In this document: positions 39,440 to 51,767 of the stretch, piece by piece | Position numbering within the stretch: position 1 is the first letter of the stretch | Layout of the letters: each line of letters starts with the position of its first letter | From: Haliotis rubra | Taxonomy: Eukaryota | Assembly (NCBI RefSeq): GCF_003918875.1 | Contig: NW_025766792.1 | Span: forward strand, 620,001-684,000 | Direction: 5' to 3' | DNA: 64,000 bases | Notes under the pieces: generated by a model | Told to the model about the DNA's origin: nothing | Database searches by the model: none | The model's input: only the letters and a program-made list of their open reading frames with translations | Position numbers and translations under genes: made by a program

Positions 39440-41157
39440 CTGTCTATAAGCACACAGTCTATCCACGACAGAGGTGGTCTCCAATCACACACTCTATCCA
39501 CCAAAGAGGTGGTCTCTCAGCAACACACTCTATCCATGACAGAGGCTGTCTCTAAGCACACGCTCTATCCATGACAGAGGTGGTCTCCAAGCACACGCTC
39601 TATCCACAACAGAGGTGGTCTCCAATCACACGCTCTATCCACCAAAGAGGTGGTCTCTCAGCAACACACTCTATCCATGACAGAGGCGGTCTCTAACCAC
39701 ACGCTCTATCCACAACAGAGGTGGTCTCCAATCACACGCTCTATCCACCAAAGAGGTGGTCTCTAAGCACACGCTCTATCCACAACAGAGGTGGTCTCCA
39801 ATCACACGCTCTATCCACCAAAGAGGTGGTCTCTCAGCAACACACTCTATCCATGACAGAGGCGGTCTCTAACCACACGCTCTATCACAACAGAGGTGGT
39901 CTCCAAGCATATGCTCTATCCACCAAAGAGGTGGTCTCCCAGCACATACTCTATCCATGACAGGTGGTCTCCAAGCACATGCTCTATCCACCCAGAGGTG
40001 GTCTCCAAGCAACACACTCTATCATGACAAGAGGTGGTCTCAACCACATGCTCTATCCACCAGAGGTGGTCTCCAAGCATATGCTCTATCAACAAAGAGG
40101 TGGTCTCTAAGCATATGCTCTAATCACCAAAGAGGTGGTCTCCAAGCACATGCTCTATCAACCAGAGGTGGTCTCCAAGCATATGCTCTATCCACCAGAG
40201 GTGGTCTCCAAGCATATGCTCTATCCACCAAAGAGGTGGTCTCTAAGCATATGCTCTATCCACCAAAGAGGTGGTCTCTAACCACAGGCTCTATCCACCA
40301 GAGGTGGTTTCCAAGCATATGCTATATTCACCAAAAAGGTGGTCTCCAAGCATATGCTCTATTCACCAAAGAGGCGGTCTCTAAGCACAGTCTATCCACC
40401 AAAAAGGTGGTCTCTAAGCATAGACTATTCACCAAAGAGGCGGTCTCTAAGCACAGTCTATCCACCAATGAGGTGGTCTCTAAGCACAGTCCATCCACCA
40501 ATGAGGTGGTCTCTAAGCATAGTCTATTCACCAATGAGGTGGTCTCTAAGCACAGTCTATTCACCAATGAGGTGGTCTCTAAGCATAGTCTATCCACCAA
40601 TGAGGTGGTCTCTAAGCATAGTCTATTCACCAATGAGGTGGTCTCTAAGCATAGTCTATCCACCAATGAGGTGGTCTCTAAGCATAGTCTATTCACCAAT
40701 GAGGTGGTCTCTAAGCATAGTCTATTCACGAATGAGGTGGTCTCTAAGCATAGTCTATTCACCAATGAGGTGGTCTCTAAGCATAGTCTATCCACCAATG
40801 AGGTGGTCTCTAAGCATAGTCTATTCACCAATGAGGTGGTCTCTAAGCATAGTCTATCCACCAATGAGGTGGTCTCTAAGCACAGTCTATCCACCAATGA
40901 GGTGGCCTCTAAGCACATGCTCTATACATGACAGAGATGACCACTAAGAACATGTTCTATCCACTACGGAGGTGGACTCCATGCACACACACTATCCACC
41001 ATGGAGGCTGTCTCTAAGCACACAGTCTATCCACCACAGAGGTGGTTTCAAAGCACATGCTCTATTTATCACAGAGGTGGTCTCAAAGCACACGCTCTAT
41101 TCACCACAGAGGTGGTCTCAAAGCACACGCTCTATACACCACAGAGGTGGTCTCTAA
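39440..41157. repeat. 33-bp minisatellite
   Basis: Unit gaggtggtctctaagcatagtctattcaccaat; homogeneous block at about 40460-40910 with degenerate flanks. Confidence 0.93.
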
Positions 41158-42009
41158 AGACTTAAAGACTATGGTGGCCCTCTTTACAAATGAAAATAAA
41201 TGTAATACATCAAAGGGCTCAGACAATTAAATGTTTGCATGATATTTACAACAAACAAGCACAGGTAATAATGATCATCATGTACTGATACAAGATCACA
41301 CAACAACACACTCCTCCGTAAACAGAACAGCGACACATTGAAAACCCTCGTCTACAACTCAGCAGGGTACAACTCTCCCTAGCTACAAACAAACATACTT
41401 ATGCAAGCATTACATTTACACAACAGCTGCACATGGTATTACGCAGAGGTAATACTACACCCAATCACGACCCTCCGCCAGATCAGTCCCGTAGGTTCTC
41501 TGGGTGTTAGATAACAGGTGACCTGTGACACTGTTCACATGATGACACGAAGACCTTTACTGCAGCCAAGTGACATCTCACAGAGGTTAGATCTACCAGT
41601 GTCTATCTCACAGAGGTTAGATCTACCCGTATCTATCTTACTGACACCACGACAATCTACACTTGACAGACATACTGTCTCTTTAAACAAGCATGATTAA
41701 TACGAATCATCTTTCACAATGTCGACCATAGAAAAGACATATGCACCAATGTATATCAAGATTTCCTTGAAAACATTTTTCAAATTCCACTGTCGCACTG
41801 AACACAAGTTCACGTAACTTGATATATCACCTATTCTAGAAGGTTGGTACAAATATTTTCAGTTATGCCTACTGAGTGCTACGGTGCTTCGTACAGATAG
41901 GTTAATTCACTCAAACATTAAGCCCTTTCCATCCGATGGTAATGCGATGTAATAGCAACGCACCATCACAAAGAATGACATCTCATGCTCTCCGTAATGC
42001 ATGCTGTAG

Positions 42010-42280
42010 TAAGTGAGTAAGTGAGTTTAGTTTTACGCCGCACTCAACAATATTCCAGCTATATGGCGGCAGTCTGTAAATAATCGAGTCTGGACCAGAC
42101 AATCCAGTGATCAACAGCATGAGCATCAATCTGCGCAATTAGGAACCGATGACATGTGTCAACCAAATCAGCGAGCCTGACCACCTGATCCTGTTAGTCG
42201 CCTCTTACGACAAGCATAGTCGCCTTTTGTGGCAAGCATGGGTTGCTGAAGACCTATTGTACTCCGGATCTTTACGGGTC
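42010..42280 (-). mobile_element. Family B, duplicated-hairpin subfamily
   Basis: Near-consensus; TSD taatgcaNNctgta. Confidence 0.88.
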
Positions 42281-42330
42281 TAATGCAAACTGTAACAGAC
42301 GTCTCTATGGAACATTGTTCCAAAATTCAT

Positions 42331-42498
42331 GGGGGCGGTGGGGTAGCCTAATGGTTAAAGCGTTGGCTCGTCACGCCGAAGACCCGGGTTCGAGTCCCCA
42401 CATGGGTACAATGTGTGAAGCCCATTTCTGGTGTCCCCCGCCGTGATGTTGCTGGAATATTGCTAAAAGCGGCGTAAAACCAAACTCAGTCAGTCAGT
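42331..42498 (+). mobile_element. SINE family A, near-consensus
   Basis: ggggcggtggggtagcctaatggttaaagcg...gggttcgagtcccc...gctaaaagcggcgtaaaacc. Confidence 0.9.
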
Positions 42499-42773
42499 CC
42501 AACAACACACTGACGGAGCTGAACTCCATTTGTTGTAGGGAACCATTATTTTGTTTCAATTTTCACAAAGAAAAAAGACCATTTTTAACATAAAGTCTAT
42601 TTACTCGTACTTATTTCAAACAATCTGTCCCAACATGAAAAATTTGTCAATGCTGGTGACTTACAAAACTGGGTCTCCCAGAAAATGGTAAAGAATTAGC
42701 TTGTATGTTATGTCAAGAAAGTATTCATTCACGGTGAATAAAAAAATCTGTATGGTTTGATTCAATGTTTACT

Positions 42774-42940
42774 GGGGCAGCAGGGTAGCCTAAAGGTGAA
42801 AGCGTTCACTTGTCACGCCGAAGATCTGGGTTCGATTCCCCACATGGGTATAATGTGTGAAGCCCATTTCTGGTGTCCCCCGCCATGACATTGCTGGAAT
42901 ATTGCTAAAAGCGGCGAAAAACCCAACTCACATACTCACT
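42774..42940 (+). mobile_element. SINE family A
   Basis: Consensus match. Confidence 0.88.
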
Positions 42941-43280
42941 TAGTCTGTGTCACAGTCCCTGAACCATATTATTTTCCCTACTGCCTAGCCCTCCCTGCAA
43001 CCCTAAAGCCCTAAGTGAAGCAAGTCTAGATTTCCCCAGGTTCTGAATCTCTGGTCTCCCTAGGGCTCCTTTTCAGTTCAAATGGATTTATTTGTTTCTG
43101 TCAAAATTATATACATTCAGGGATTAAGCATTAGTCTAATACTCACTCACTCACTCACTGAATGTTCAGCAATAAATTTTTTGTTGATAATTCCAACAGT
43201 TGCCAAGCAATGCTGCCATATTCAGATTTCAACTCTGTCTTGGGGGTTTAGATCTTGTGTCAAACATTTGATGTTGTAAA

Positions 43281-43640
43281 AGTGAGTGAGTGAGTTAAAA
43301 TTTATCGTCACATCGGCAATATTTCAGCCAGATCGTGACGAGAACAATTAATTTTAGACATAGTAATTAATGGTAAATTGTAAAAATTGTCAACAAAGGA
43401 CAGTAAAATAACTAGATTATCACAGATTCGAATGTAAAACTAGTAATTAGATCTAAAACAGGGTAAATATAGATGACAATACAATATAAAAACAGGCTAT
43501 ATATTGCCAACCACTGAAAGTAGATCACCATAGTAGGGACCATGGGGACTTACAGTACATTTGTTTCCTGCATGGACTCTATCTGGATTTACACCATCCC
43601 TTCAGCTATTAGCAATTTTAGATCAACTAGCCACAAATTG
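43281..43640 (-). mobile_element. Family D: 5'-truncated retroposon or LINE 3' UTR
   Basis: Homologous to 57499-57730 and 1899-1953; ends gtcacgatMtggctgaaatattgccgatgtgacg..aaa..(ACTC)n; copies have different 5' truncation points. Confidence 0.7.
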
Positions 43641-43654
43641 TCGTAAAAGTAGAC

Positions 43655-44868
43655 TGTAATAGCTACCTACACAGTCACCTCTGTGATTATCATCTACCTA
43701 CACAGTCACCTCTGTAATAGCTACCTACACAGTCACCTCTGTGATAGCTACCTACACAGTCACCTCTGTAACAGCTACCACACACAGTCACCTCTGTGAT
43801 AGCTACCTCAGTCACCCCAGTGATAGCTACCTACACAGTCACCTCCATGACAGCTAGCCACCTACACAGTCACCTCTGTAACAGCTACCTACACAGTCAC
43901 ACCTCTGTGATAGCTACCACACAGTCACCTCTGTGATAGCTACTCACACAGTCACCTCTGTAATAGCTACCTACACAGTCACCTCTGTAACAGCTACCCA
44001 CACAGTCACCTCTGTGATAGCTACCTACACAGTCACCTCTGTAATAGCTACCTACACAGTCACCTCTGTAACAGCTACCTACACAGTCACCTCTGTAATA
44101 GCTACCTACACAGTCACCTCTGTAACAGCTACCTACACAGTCACCTCTGTGACAGCTACCTACACAGTCACCTCTGTAATAGCTACCTACACAGTCACCT
44201 TCTGTAATAGCTACCTACACAGTCACCCCTGTGATAGCTACCTACACAGTCACCTCTGTGATAGCTACCTACACAGTCACCTCTGTAACAGCTACCTACA
44301 CAGTCACCTCTGTGATAGGCCTACTCACACAGTCACCTCTGTGATAGCTACCCACACAGTCACCTCTGTAACAGCTACCTACACACAGTCACCTCTGTAA
44401 GTAGCCACCCACACAGTCGCCTCTGTGATAGCTGCTACCTACACAGTCACCTCTGTAACAGCTACCCACACAGTCACCTCTGTGATAGCTACCTACACAG
44501 TCACCTCTGTGATAGCTACCTACACAGTCACCTCTGTAATAGCTACCTACACAGTCACCTCTGTAACAGCTACCCACACAGTCACCTCTGTGATAGCTAC
44601 CTACACAGTCACCTCTGTAACAGCTACCTACACAGTCACCTCTGTAATAGCTACCTACACAGTCACCTCTGTGATAGCTACCTACACAGTCACCTCTGTA
44701 ATAGCTACCTACACAGTCACCTCTGTAATAGCTACCTACACACAGTCATCTCTGTAACAGCTACCTACACAGTCACCTCTGTAACAGCTACCTACACAGT
44801 CACCTCTGTGAGTAGCTACCTACACAGTCACCTCTGTGATAGCTACCTACACAGTCACCTCTGTGATT
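43655..44868. repeat. 27-bp minisatellite
   Basis: Unit acacagtcacctctgtaatagctacct. Confidence 0.94.
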
Positions 44869-44905
44869 ATCATCATTAAGCTCATCCATAGTCGTCTATC
44901 ATTCA

Positions 44906-45174
44906 TGAAATACACAATGCCATTTTAGAAATCGGTCAAATGTAACGTGTGTTATATCTGGGATTACACTTTCTTAGTAAAGTACACCACACAACCGACT
45001 TCCATTTTGTGGAAGCCGCGGTGGCAGAGCGGTCTAGGCGTCTGACTTTGTGTGCTGGCAATTAGGTGCCTGACTCTGAGGGTGTGGGTTCGAATCCCAG
45101 ATGGGACTCAACCCCAAAAGTACTAGAATCTGTACTTTACTAAGAAAGTGTAATCCCAAATATAACATACGTTA
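44906..45174 (+). mobile_element. Insertion with a tRNA-Leu-like core between 45-bp inverted repeats
   Basis: 13-bp TSD cgtctatcattca at 44893-44905 and 45175-45187; IR arms 44942-44986 and 45131-45175 (2 mismatches); A box tggcagagcggtctagg and B box gggttcgaatccc. Confidence 0.8.
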
Positions 45175-45630
45175 CGTCTATCATTCAGCTTACAAAAAAC
45201 ACAAAACAAGGTATGCTGCGTTGGAGGGGATGCTTGAATATCTAATAATTATACATGTTCTACCTGCATAATAAAATCCACACAGTCATCCCTTGTACAG
45301 TAGACAAGATGATGAATGGCACGCCCCGGCCCGGGGCTCAACTGGGTTGACCCTCAACAGAATCTTTACTTGTACAATAGTACTGAAATATTTATGTGAT
45401 ATTAATATGAAACACAACTGCATGACAATTGCAACTGTGATCACGACAACTACTGCCATGATAATAAGATAATGTGACAAAAGATTTCAGATTGGTTTAT
45501 TTTCTTCTTCTTTGACTATCATATTCACTATGTCCTGGAGATATTTGTCAGATTTGGTCATGATCTAGATGATTGTCCAATAAAATTTGTGAAAGTCTAA
45601 GACTATTACATGCAGTTCAATACGATGGTC

Positions 45631-45805
45631 AATAGGATTGTATCCGGTGGTCAGGCTCGCTGACTTGGTTGACACATGTCATCGGTTCCCAGTTGCGCAG
45701 ATCAATGCTCATGCTGTTGATCACTGGATTGTCTGGTCCAGACTCAATTATTTACAGACCGCTGCCATATAGCTGGAATATTAAACCCAACTCATTTACT
45801 CACTC
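45631..45805 (+). mobile_element. Family B, 5'-truncated; the only plus-strand copy seen
   Basis: ggtggtcaggctcgctgacttggttgacacatg...gctggaatatt. Confidence 0.85.
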
Positions 45806-46750
45806 AATATGACTGTTGCTTGAAGATATGATGATTATAGTTCTTAATTCACTTTGCTTGAAGATATGATGATTATAGTTGACTCTTAACAATTCACTTT
45901 GTTCAATGACATCACTTTGTTCATTAAATGACTATAATGTGCCGTTGTCATGGCTCCTAACATTATTTTGTTCAACCTATGACTGTTGCTTGGAGTTATG
46001 ACAGATATAGCTCTGACATCACTTTGTTCAATACATGACTATAATGTGCAGTTGTCGTGGCTCTTAACATTATATTGTTCAACCTATGACTGTTGCTTGG
46101 AGTTACGATGGTTAGATTATCATTATCCTACATTAGCAAGCAAATAGCTTGACATAGCATACCCCCATCAAAGAGGAGACAACTCACAACAACAAGCTGG
46201 GACCTATCCCTTATAGAGCAGACGTGTCCCTGCAGAAGGGTGACCGAGAGTCATCACCCCCCTATCCAGGGTGCAGGTGGTGACTAACAGACACGGAAAT
46301 GTCACGCTGAAAGACTGAATAGGCTATTGAAATTATGGTGCTTTTGAAAAATATGCCTTTATGCTGTGCCTGTTTCCATTAACTTCTATAGAATCTAAGG
46401 CAAATGTTTAAATTCTACTCCAGCGAACAAAGGATCATAAATATCAGAATGTGAATGTCAACCAATTCTGACCTAATGAAATAAGCATTCACTAAACTAC
46501 CTGGTTTACCACAATGGAAGCAGTCAGTCGTGGCGAAGTCTTTCAAGCATGACTCACTTGGGACATCGCTTTCAAATGTAAGGTCCAATTGGGACTAATC
46601 TAATGTCAATACAAATTTTAAGCCATATTTAAACTCTAGATTTGTGTCTTGATTGATGGTTACAGGTGGAGAGGAGTTGTCTCGATATATGTCAAGGTTT
46701 TTTCACATCCATTCATTACTCCAGACATCAAATGTTCCCATAACCTACAG

Positions 46751-46997
46751 TGAGTGAGTAAGTGAGTGAGTGAGTTTAGTTCTACACCAAACTCAGCAAT
46801 ATTCCAGCTATATGACAGTGGTCTGCAAATACCAGGCAATCCAGTGATCAACAGCATGAGCATCGATCTGCGCAACTGGGAACCGATGACATGTGTCAAC
46901 CATGTCAGTGAACCTGACCACCCGATCCTGTTAGTCGCCTCTTACAACAAGCATGGGTTACTGAAGATCAATATTCTAACCCAGACCTTCACAGGTC
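46751..46997 (-). mobile_element. Family B
   Basis: Full length; TSD ccataMcctacag. Confidence 0.87.
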
Positions 46998-47152
46998 CAT
47001 ACCCTACAGACACTTCTTACAGACGTGACAATAACCAACTGGTTTGCACATTGTCACCTATTTCCTATTCTCAAATGATTAAAACTTTATGTGAATTCAA
47101 ATATAACCTTATCAATGTGTAAACATCCTTTGTTGGGAAAAAAACCAATTTC

Positions 47153-47729
47153 AACAAGTGTTTGCCACTAATATGGCAATGTCCCCCACCGTTAAAGAAT
47201 GGAATAATTATAACATATTAACTACTTTTTATTTTTTGGTCACATACAAGATGCCTGAAATGACTGATGTCTGCATAATCACCCAATGTAGGCTGTCGAC
47301 ATAACTGAAGACATTGGGTGCAATGTTTTATGAGATATCGCGTTAACAAGAGTTTGAAAAGTGGTCAAAGTGTTGTGACGACCTTGAAGATAAGGTCAAG
47401 GTCACCCAAATCAACTGGTGTCTGCGTATTCCCCCAATGTAGGCTGTCACCAAATTTGAAGACATTGGGTACAACAGTCCATGAGATATCGCGTTAACAA
47501 GAGTTGAAAAGTGGTCAAAGTGTTGTGGTGACCTTGAAGATAAGGTCATGGTCACCCAAATCAACTGGTGTCTGCGTAATCCCCAAATGTACGCTGTCAC
47601 CAAATTTGAAGACATTGGGTACAACAGTTCATGAGATATCGCGTTAACAAGAATCTGGACGTATGTACATATACGGACAGACGCCGCTGAATACATAGTC
47701 CCGCGTTCCGCGTTGCAGCGGGGGACAAT
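47153..47729 (+). mobile_element. Helentron-associated non-autonomous element (HINE, pearl-like)
   Basis: 5' aacaag...atgtcccc subterminal IR, about 2.5 tandem 150-bp cores with gaccttgaa/aaggtcaaggtca, a short (ACGG/ACAG) run and a 3' hairpin atagtcccgc...gcggggacaat. Confidence 0.75.
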
Positions 47730-47769
47730 TGAAAGCTACCCTTGACACAATAATTCCCAAAAGATTCAT

Positions 47770-48050
47770 TCGTTTGTGTTTTAATATTACATTCAGCAAT
47801 ATTCCTGTAAATGATGGCAGTCCGTAAATAATCAAATTGAGCCGAGGCAATCCAGTGGGGTGAGTGAGTTGAGTTTTATGCTGCTTTAAGCAATATTCCA
47901 GCAATGTCACGCGGGGGAGACCAGAAGACAATCCAATGAATGAGGTTATGGGGACATGACGACATGTGTCAACCAAGTCAGCGAACATGACCCTATGATC
48001 CAGTCATTTCTTATGACAGGCATGCATCCAGAAGATCAGTTCTAACCCAA
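47770..48050 (-). mobile_element. Diverged family B copy containing a family-A 3' fragment (about 47861-47925)
   Basis: B-type body interrupted by an A-type tail. Confidence 0.65.
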
Positions 48051-48135
48051 ACTTATTGTGGTCCCAAAAGAGCGTGATTTTGGTCTCGCATTTGCTTTGA
48101 ACAGTTTTTCAGTTACATCAATGCATCTGAATAGA

Positions 48136-48689
48136 CATTCTCTTCCCACAGAGGTTACTTGTCATATCTTCCTACGAACCTCTGTTCTAATACGGCCATA
48201 TTTACCGGTTCTCGTAAAATCCCCTAGAGGCAAAAGATCGCAACACGAAAGATCTCCCTTCTTTCTATCCAATCAGAACACGTGTTACATCGACTTAGAT
48301 TCAACTTGACTAACACAAGCAAATGTGAGGCCACAAATATCCCTCCTCTGCCGGGGACTTGTGTTGATGTTACACACAAGGCATTTAATGGCTAGTTTGT
48401 CCGTTGTTAACGAGGGCGATGGAGAAGCCACTGATCCGCCATAACATGACTGAGTTCTGTCTAGATGAAACGTTTGCGCATCACGAAGGGGAAGAGGTTT
48501 AGTTTTCTCGAAACATACGGAAATTACCGAGGCCTTGCGAATGATCACTTTTGAAACAACGTCACTGATTGCACAACTAAATCTGATTGCAACCAATCAC
48601 GAATCCTGAACACTCGCACCATGAAAGGGCCGTATTAGAACAGAGGTTCGTACGAAGATATGACAAGTAACTTCTGTGGGAAGAGAATG
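48136..48689. mobile_element. Non-autonomous DNA transposon with ~62-bp TIRs (Mutator-like)
   Basis: TIR cattctcttcccacagaggttacttgtcatatcttc...aatacggcc, near-perfect; 9-bp TSD ctgaataga at 48127-48135 and 48690-48698. Confidence 0.85.
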
Positions 48690-49208
48690 CTGAATAGAAG
48701 ACCAAACTGATAATGGTGGTGTGTGGTGTGTGGTGTGTGGTGTGTGGTGTGTGGTCCCGGGCACAGAGCTCAGGTCACAAATCATGTGAAGTTAAGCAAC
48801 CCAAGACCTAACTGAAAATGACAAACTAAGAATCAAAATACAGGCCAATCTGAACCATGAATCAGCAAATCCTGGAACAACAAAGGGACACTACTTTGCA
48901 GAGAGACTTAAATTGGATCCTTATAGACTAGAAAACAATCAAGTCCCAAATATTTAAATACAAGTGACACCTTCTCACCCAGGACTCACTAGAGCTATTT
49001 CACTGTATCAGGCTGTGTTGGGGGGATAGTTTTAAGTGACACAGAAAACAACCAGCCTGGTGCTCACAACCTAGAAACATAATCACGGTGAGCTGCGATC
49101 ACAGGTTACTGTCATGCCCAAGGGAGGCAACTCTGGACAGCAAACTGTACAGCTTCAGACAACTGGGCCTCAGGGGCCCCTACAGACGACAGTGTTTCAT
49201 TGACTTAC

Positions 49209-49546
49209 CTAGAGTATACTCTGTATGGTCAGACTTGTCACTCTTCTCAGATTTATCACTCTTGTCATAGACGTCCATCTTGGGAGGCGGTCGGGCAGGG
49301 AGATCTGGGGGTTTGTCTTCACCCCCGCCGGAGCTGGTCAGATCGGAGGAAGCTCGGTCGCGCCGAGGTGGAAGGGGCGGGGGTACGGGGATGTCGGCCA
49401 CCTCCTCTGCAAGTTCATCCAGGCTGGCGGCAGTGGCCAGACTGGATCGGTCACCTGACTGTTGACCCGCACTATCTTCCGACAGCTGGAGCCGAGCCAC
49501 TGGAATCTCATACAGGTCCTGTTCATCTTTGTCTTCATCGTCTTGT
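49209..49546 (-). CDS. AFAP1-like: AFAP1-like exon (YEIP, proline-rich SH3-ligand motifs)
   Basis: tgtctgcag|A CAA...CTA G|gtaagt; 338 nt, phase 2-1. QDDEDKDEQDLYEIP...PPPLPPRR...PDLPARPPP...EYTL; GC-rich relative to its introns. Confidence 0.9.
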
Positions 49547-49578
49547 CTGCAGACACAAAACCAACACTTTCAATTTGG

Positions 49579-49770
49579 GAGTGAGTGAGTGAGTTTAGTT
49601 TTACGCCGCTTTTAGCAATATTCAAGCAATATCACGGCAGGGGACACCAGAAATGGGCTTCACACATTGTACCCATGTGGGTAATCAAACCCGGGTCTTC
49701 AGCGTGACGAGGGACCTGGACAAGTAACCACTAGGCTGCCCCATCCCCCCACTAGGCCACCCCATCCCCC
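49579..49770 (-). mobile_element. SINE family A
   Basis: Consensus match; its tail ends about 30 bp from an exon acceptor. Confidence 0.85.
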
Positions 49771-50324
49771 CTACCTTTTGGGAAAGTTTTGGAGGTCACA
49801 TTAAAGAGTGAATGAGTGATTAAAGAATACAGTCAGCAAAATTTGGCAGTCTGGAGACACTCATGCAAACAACCCTAGGTAGAATGTGACACCATCTTAG
49901 TCACTATAAATATGGGAATTATGATCTTAGCATCAAGACTGTGGTCGGGCTACGTTAATATATCTGAGTTACAATCATCTATAACTGCTATGAGTCTATG
50001 TAGACGTGTGGATGTTTTGCTTGTCTACCACAATGACTGTCTATGTTAAAGTGCCGGAGTAATGATCATCTTAGGATGACAACTGTCGAAGGTCTAAGTT
50101 AAATATGGTCTTAGTGTTGTGACTGTAATAACTCTAAGTTAAAGTATGGACATTACGACTGACGGAGCATGAAGACTGCTTATAATCTGCTCCCGAACCC
50201 TTTGATGGTTACACTGGGAGAGTAGCAGAAACCCTGAATGACATACAGCTGGTGCATCCTCTCCTGAATGTCACATTACTACTTCTGGACAAGAATGACC
50301 AGCAGACGAGTGACAATATTAAGG

Positions 50325-50677
50325 TGAGGTGAGGTGAAATTGGGTTTAACGTCGTGCTTGAGAATATTTCGCTCATATGACGACGTGCATGCTATGTATG
50401 TGTATGTGCGGCTGCTTGTACTAGCCCAGACTGAAGCTGGTTTTATAGTGCTAGCCCACTGAGGTACCATGCCACAGTGAAACATGAATACCCCACTCAG
50501 ACACATTATACTGACTCCGAGCTGACCAGTCCTTGTTGTACCCATTAATGCCGAGCGCCAGACAGGGACCAACAAGTACCATATTTAGCGTCTTTTGGTA
50601 TGACGCGGTCCGGGGATCGAACCCGCGACCTTCCGCTCTCCAGGCGGACGCTCTAACCACTACACCACGGAGGCGTC
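50325..50677 (-). mobile_element. tRNA-derived V-SINE (family C), full length
   Basis: Highly similar to 204-553; perfect 14-bp TSD tgacaatattaagg at 50311-50324 and 50678-50691. Confidence 0.88.
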
Positions 50678-50770
50678 TGACAATATTAAGGAGATATGAT
50701 TGTTCTATATACATGTTACAAAAGCAAATAATGATATAGAGTAGGACAATTGGTTGTAGGATTAGCTTAC

Positions 50771-50817
50771 CGGTCCAGATGCTCTTCAATGTCAATGTCA
50801 TCGTAAACCTTCACGCC
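50771..50817 (-). CDS. AFAP1-like: AFAP1-like short exon (YDDI motif)
   Basis: gtgttgcag|GGC...GAC CG|gtaagc; 47 nt, phase 0-2. Encodes GVKVYDDIDIEEHLD(R) and exactly bridges the phase mismatch between the flanking exons. Confidence 0.85.
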
Positions 50818-50956
50818 CTGCAACACAGACAGCTTATCTATCACAAATGTCTATCAACAATATCTATGGATACCAATAACTGAACACCAAACAGCAAGAT
50901 GGTGAGGTATGGTGAGGTGAGGTGAGGTGGAGTGGTGTGTAATGTCCTGTTCAAGA

Positions 50957-51654
50957 TTAATAACATGCTTGTTTGGTCCAGAATTTCAGTGTATTAGGAA
51001 ACAGCCAAACAGAACTTTCATCTGAGAAAATCACATTGTCCCAGTTAAAATTTCTATGCTGTAAGCACCAGTTCAACCTTCGCTCATTTTGTTCAGGTTT
51101 CATGATCGGTGATAGAATTCCTCGACTTTTCTGCCAACCCATTGCATGAAGCTCAGTTCTAATTGTCTCCTTACAGACAGCCACAGTTTCTCTATCAATC
51201 ATATCCAGCTTTAAGTTTTCTAAACTCCTTCGTTTGTTTTTAGAAACAAGAATACCAAGCCGCCTCCTGTCACCGACAGTCAATTTTCTGGGCCTACCTG
51301 CGCCTCCCTGGTGCTCAATGCCATATCCATTTGCAATATTCTTCAAAACACGATAAACAGTGGACAAAGGGATGCCTGTTCTACTTGAAATCACTTTAGC
51401 TGATCTGATGTCCTTGTTATAATACTCTAAAATCAACTTCCTCTACTCCAAATCATCCATACTGAGGATCACTGAAAATGTCGTCTGCTAGCAAGTAAAC
51501 AAAGGGGGATAACTCTTCACAAACTAATGAAAAAGGATTAATGGAGTTGTCTCTCTTGAATGAAACATAGCACTTGATAGCTGGTCAAGGTTGTTTATAC
51601 TAGAAATCCAACTAAACATATTCCTAAAATTGTCAATCATTTCTGGTCATACTA
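50957..51654 (-). mobile_element. Tc1-like transposon, 5' half (truncated transposase)
   Basis: HTH (GIPLSTVYRVLK), GRPRKLT and VIFSDES motifs; one TIR-like end (tagtatgaccagaaatgatt) beside a TA run; catalytic C-terminal half absent. Confidence 0.85.
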
Positions 51655-51767
51655 TATATAGTCAGGGTACTATGACAAGTTACTGAACGTGACCTGTCTC
51701 TTAAGTTGATAAGCACAGGTTGCTGGGGACCAAGTCTAACCACAATCACCACATCCCACTCGAGCTC

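Noticed and set aside
39957-40947. Long ORFs on both strands with an 11-aa repeat
   Set aside because: Product of a 33-bp minisatellite; no splice or homology support.
42331-42405. tRNA genes at SINE heads and at 45015-45099
   Set aside because: A and B boxes are present, but there is no complete acceptor stem, and the sequences continue into repeat bodies, several with TSDs.
43933-44757. Thr-rich, mucin-like ORFs
   Set aside because: 27-bp minisatellite with frequent frame-breaking indels.
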